Shown one piece after another: positions 58,601 to 64,000 of a stretch of 64,000 nt of DNA. This stretch comes from Auanema rhodensis (taxonomy: Eukaryota; Animalia; Nematoda), in the NCBI GenBank assembly GCA_964057225.1, contig OZ059895.1, positions 10,912,001-10,976,000 of the forward strand. Reading direction: 5' to 3'. The position numbers and the translations under genes were made by a program. How positions within the stretch are numbered: the stretch's first letter is position 1; every line of letters begins with the position of its first letter. A model generated the notes under the pieces. It worked only from the letters and a program-made list of their open reading frames with translations. It was not told the DNA's origin and did not search any database.

Positions 58601-61600
58601 CCAATTTCATGTTAGTTATGTAATTTTCCACGTTCCATCTGGTTCCCTTGATGATATCAAATCTTATGTGCTCCAAAAATAATAAATTAAAAAAGGTTTC
58701 ACAGTTGTATAGTGTTTTAACAATGTTTGTTTTGATAGGAAGTAGATAGAAACAGTGAAGTTAAAAAGAAGGTTCATTAACTACTGGTTTATAACTGTAT
58801 TATAGCAATAAGATTGAAGATAACTTGCTGCCTTGGTTTGAGCTATCTAAGTGAAACGACTTGAAAAGTGAAAACATTTGTTACGGAAGAGATAAAATTG
58901 AAAATCAGCTGCATGGCGTACTTTCAACGTGGTATAGTTGTAAGCGAAAATATCTGGTATTCAATGATTTACATACTTATCCTCGTTATAGTATTTTTCC
59001 AATTTCATGTTAGTTATGTAACTTTCCACATGCCATCTGGTTCCCTCGATGATATCAAAGCTTATGTGCTCCAAATACAATAAATCAAAAAAGGGTTTCA
59101 CAGTAGTATAGTGTTTAAACAATGTTTGTTTTGATAGGAAATAGATAGAAACAGTAAAGTTAAGATGAAGGTTCATTAACTACTGGTTTATGACTGTAAT
59201 ATAGAAATAAGATTGAAGATAATTTGCTTCCTTGGGTTGAGCTATCTAAGTAAAACTACTTAAAAAGTGAAAACAATTGTTACGGAAGAGATAAAATTGA
59301 AAATCAGCTGCATGGCGTACTTTGAACGTGGTATAGTTGTAAGCGAAAATATCTGATATTCAATGATTTACATACTTATCCTCGTTATAGTTTTTTTCCA
59401 ATTTCATGTTAGTTATGTAATTTTCCACGTTCCATCTGGTTCCCTTGATGATATCAAATCTTATGTGCTCCAAAAATAATAAATTGAAAAAGGTTTCAAA
59501 GTTGTATAGTGTTTAAACAATGTTTGTTTCGATAGGAAAAAGATAGAAACAGTAAAGTTAAGATGAAGGTTCATTGACTACTGGTTTATAACTGTAATAT
59601 AGAAAAAAGATTGAAGATAACTTGCTGCCTTGGTTTGAGCTATCTAAGTGAAACGACTTGAAAAGTGAAAACATTTGTTACGGAAGAGATAAAATTGAAA
59701 ATCAGCTGCATGGCGTACTTTCAACGTGGTATAGTTGTAAGCGAAAATATCTGGTATTCAATGATTTACATACTTATCCTCGTTATAGTATTTTTCCAAT
59801 TTCATGTTAGTTATGTAACTTTCCACATGCCATCTGGTTCCCTCGATGATATCAAAGCTTATGTGCTCCAAATACAATAAATCAAAAAAGGGTTTCACAG
59901 TAGTATAGTGTTTAAACAATGTTTGTTTTGATAGGAAATAGATAGAAACAGTAAAGTTAAGATGAAGGTTCATTAACTACTGGTTTATGACTGTAATATA
60001 GAAATAAGATTGAAGATAATTTGCTGCCTCCGGTTGAGCTATCTAAGTAAATCTACTTGAAAAGTGAAAAAATTTCTTACGGAAGAGATAAAATTGAAAA
60101 TCAGCTGCATGTCGTACTTTCAACGTGGTATAGTTGAAAGCGAAAATATCTGATTTTCAATGATTTACATACTTATCCTCGTTATAGTTTTTTTCCAATT
60201 TCATGTTAGTTATGTAACTTTCCACGTTCCATCTGGTTCCCTCGATGATATCAAAGCTTATGTGCTCCAAATACAATAAATCAAAAAAGGGTTTCACAGT
60301 TGTATAGTGTTTAAACAATGTTTGTTTCGATAGGAAATAGATAAAAACAGTAAAGTTAAGATGAAGGTTTATTAACTACTGGTTTATGACTGTAATATAG
60401 AAATAAGATTGAAGATAATTTGCTGCCTCCGGTTGAGCTATCTAAGTAAATCTACTTGAAAAGTGAAAACATTTGTTACAGAAGAGATAAAATTGAAAAT
60501 CAGCTGCATGGCGTATTTTCAACGTGGTATAGTTGTAAGCAAAAATATCTGATATTCAATGATTTACATACTTATCCTCGTTATAGTTTTTTTCCAATTT
60601 CATGTTAGTTATGTAATTTTCCAAGTTCCATCTGGTTCCCTTGATGATATCAAATCTTATGTGTTCCAAATACAATAAATTGAAAAAGGTTTCAAAGTTG
60701 TATAGTGTTTAAACAATGTTTGTTTCGATAGGAAAAAGATAGAAACAGTAAAGTTAAGATGAAGGTTCATTGACTACTGGTTTATAACTGTATTATAGAA
60801 ATAAGATTAAAGATAATTTGCTGCCTTGGGTTGAGCTACCTAAGTAAAACTACTTGAAAATCGGAAACATTTGTTACAGAAGAGATAAAATTGAAAATCA
60901 GCTGCATGGCGTGCTTTCAACGTGGAATAGTTGTAAGCGAAAATATCTGATATTCAATGATTAACATACGTATCCTCGTTATAGTTTTTTTTCCAATTTC
61001 ATGTTAGTTATGTAATTTTCCACGTGCCATCTGGTTTCCTCGATGATATCAAAGCTTATGTGCTCCAAATACAATAAATCAAAAAAGGGTTTCACAGTAG
61101 TATAGTGTTTAAACAATGTTTGTTTTGATAGGAAATATATAGAAACAGTAAAGTTAAGATGAAGGTTCATTAACTACTGGTTTATGACTGTAATATAGAA
61201 ATAAGATTGAAGATAATTTGCTGCCTCCGGTTGAGCTATCTAAGTAAATCTACTTGAAAAGTGAAAAAATTTGTTACGGAAGAGATAAAATTGAAAATCA
61301 GCTGCATGTCGTACTTTCAACGTGGTATAGTTGAAAGCGAAAATATCTGGTATTCAATGATTTACATACTTATCCTCGTTATAGTTTTTTTTCCAATTTC
61401 CTGTTAGTTATGTAATTTTCGACGTTCCATCTGGATCCCTCGATGATAGCAATTCTTATAAGCTCCAAATACAATAAATTAAAAAAGGTTTCACAGTAGT
61501 ATAGTGTTTAAACAATGTTTGTTTCGATAGGAAAAAGATAGAAACAGTAAAGTTAAGATGAAGGTTCATTGACTACTGGTTTATAACTGTAATATAGAAA

Positions 61601-64000
61601 AAAGATTGAAGATAACTTGCTGCCTTGGTTTGAGCTATCTAAGTGAAACGACTTGAAAAGTGAAAACATTTGTTACGGAAGAGATAAAATTGAAAATCAG
61701 CTGCATGGCGTACTTTCAACGTGGTATAGTTGTGAGCAAAAATATCTGATATTCAATGATTTACATACTTATCCTCGTTATAGTTTTTTTCCAATTTCAT
61801 GTTAGTTATGTAATTTTCCACGTTCCATCTGGTTCCCTTGATGATATCAAATCTTATTGCTCCAAATACAACAAATTAAAAAAGGTTTCACAGTTGTATA
61901 GTGTTCAAACAATGTTTGTTTTGATAGGAAGTAGATAGAAACAGTGAAGTTAAAAAGAAGGTTCATTAACTACTGGTTTATAACTGTATTATAGCAATAA
62001 GATTGAATATAATTTGCTGCTTTGGGTTGAGCTATCTAAGTAAATCTACTTGAAAAGTGAAAACATTTGTTACAGAAGAGATAAAATTGAAAATCAGCTG
62101 CATGGCGTACTTTCAACGTGGTATAGTTGTAAGCAAAAATATCTGATATTCAATGATTTACATACTTATCCTCGTTATAGTTTTTTTCCAATTTCCTGTT
62201 AGTTATGTAATTTTCGACGTTTCATCTGGATCCCTCGATGATAGCAATTCTTATAAGCTCCAAATACAATAAATTGAAAAAGGTTTCAAAGTTGTATAGT
62301 GTTTAAACAATGTTTGTTTCGATAGGAAAAAGATAGAAACAGTAAAGTTAAGATGAAGGTTCATTGACTACTGGTTTATAACTGTATTATAGCAATAAGA
62401 TTGAATATAATTTGCTGCTTTGGGTTGAGCTATCTAAGTGAAACTACTTGAAAAGTGAAAAAATTTGTTACGGAAGAGATAAAATTGAAAATCAGCTGCA
62501 TGACATACTTTCAACGTGGTATAGTTGAGAGCGAAAATATCTGATTTTCAATGATTTACATACTTATCCTCGTTATAGTTTTCTTCCAATTTCATGTTAG
62601 TTATGTAACTTTCCACGTTCCATCTCGTTTCCTCGATGATATCAAAGCTTATGTGCTCCAAATACAATAAATAAAAAAAGGGTTTCACAGTTGTATAGTG
62701 TTTAAACAATGTTTGTTTCGATAGGAAATAGATAAAAACAGTAAAGTTAAGATGAAGGTTCATTAACTACTGGTTTATGACTGTAATATAGAAATAAGAT
62801 TGAAGATAATTTGCTGCCTCCGGTTGAGCTATCTAAGTAAATCTACTTGAAAAGTGAAAACATTTGTTACGGAAGAGATAAAATTGAAAATCAGCTGCAT
62901 GACGTACTTTCAACGTGGTATAGTTGTAAGCGAAAATATCTGATATTCAATGATTAACATACTTATCCTCGTTATAGTTTTTTTTCCAATTTCATGTTAG
63001 TTAAGTAATTTTCCACGTTGCATCTGGTTCCCTCGATGATATCAAATCTTATGTGCTCCAAATACAATAAATTGAAAAAGGTTTCACAGTTGTATAGTGT
63101 CTAAACAATGTTTGTTTCGATAGGAAATAGATAGAAACAGTAAAGTTAAAATGAAGGTTCATTAACTACTGGTTTATAACTGTAATGTAGAAATAAGATT
63201 AAAGATAATTTGCTGCCTTGGGTTGAGCTACCTAAGTAAAACTACTTGAAAATCGGAAACATTTGTTACAGAAGAGATAAAATTGAAAATCAGCTGCATG
63301 GCGTGCTTTCAACGTGGTATAGTTGTAAGCGAAAATATCTGATATTCAATGATTAACATACTTATCCTCGTTATAGTTTTTTTTCCAATTTCATGTTAGT
63401 TATGTAATTTTCCACTTGCCATCTGGTTCCCTCGATGATATCAAAGCTTATGTGCTCCAAATACAATAAATCAAAAAAGGGTTTCACAGTAGTATAGTGT
63501 TTAAACAATGTTTGTTTCGATAGGAAATAGATAAAAACAGTAAAGTTAAGATGAAGGTTCATTAACTACTGGTTTATGACTGTAATATAGAAATAAGATT
63601 GAAGATAATTTGCGCCCTCCGGTTGAGCTATCTAAGTAAATCTACTTGAAAAGTGAAAACATTTGTTACAGAAGAGATAAAATTGAAAATCAGCTGCATG
63701 GCGTACTTTCAACGTGGTATAGTTGTAAGCAAAAATATCTGATATTCAATGATTTACATACTTATCCTCGTTATAGTTTTTTTCCAATTTCATGTTAGTT
63801 ATGTAATTTTCCAAGTTCCATCTGGTTCCCTTGATGATATCAAATCTTATGTGCTCCAAATACAATAATTTAAACAAGGTTTCAAAGTTGTATAGTGTTT
63901 AAACAATGTTTGTTTCGATAGGAAAAAGATAGAAACAGTAAAGTTAAGATGAAGGTTCATTAACTACTGGTTTATAACTGTAATATAGAAAAAAGATTGA
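25626..64000 (-). repeat. 5S-derived ~398-399-bp satellite array, ~96 monomers, with higher-order repeats; continues beyond the window
   Basis: Uninterrupted tandem monomers, each containing atggcgtactttcaacgtggtatagttgtaagc (reverse complement of 5S nt 1-33). Variant patterns recur at multiples of ~398.5 bp. Confidence 0.97.

Noticed and set aside
26303-63562. Dozens of 60-116 aa ORFs (MFSLFKSF..., MKTFITEE..., MNLHLNFT...)
   Set aside because: Chance open frames in satellite monomers; they open and close with single-base variants and have no protein motifs.

Overview
Eukaryotic, AT-rich, repeat-dense window. The 5S rRNA sequence and 43-44 nt GT-AG introns point to a nematode. I found no ordinary host protein-coding gene. 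Five blocks: (1) 1-~7536 is a rearranged Maverick/Polinton remnant (major and minor capsid, adenain-like protease, core protein, pPolB 3' end with spliceosomal introns, packaging ATPase fragment, C2H2 zinc-finger gene); 1-5975 is a near-identical 2705-bp tandem duplication. (2) ~8270-9950 is a BEL/Pao integrase fragment. (3) ~9953-12836 and 23544-24440 form a small 5S rDNA array (~530-bp unit; 8 near full-length copies and 2 fragments). (4) 12837-23543 is a full-length but decayed Ty3/Gypsy (Metaviridae) provirus on the minus strand, inserted in the 5S spacer with a TAAC target-site duplication. It has a tRNA-Gln PBS, TG...CG LTR ends and a gag-[signal peptide]-class III/gB-like env-TM-protease-RT-RNaseH-integrase layout, which matches the nematode NERV-type architecture as I recall it. 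(5) ~24410-64000 is a ~398-bp satellite (~100 monomers, with higher-order repeats and an inversion at ~25620) derived from the 5S unit by loss of most of the 5S gene; the intermediate structures are still present in the window. The short ORFs in the 5S and satellite region are spurious.
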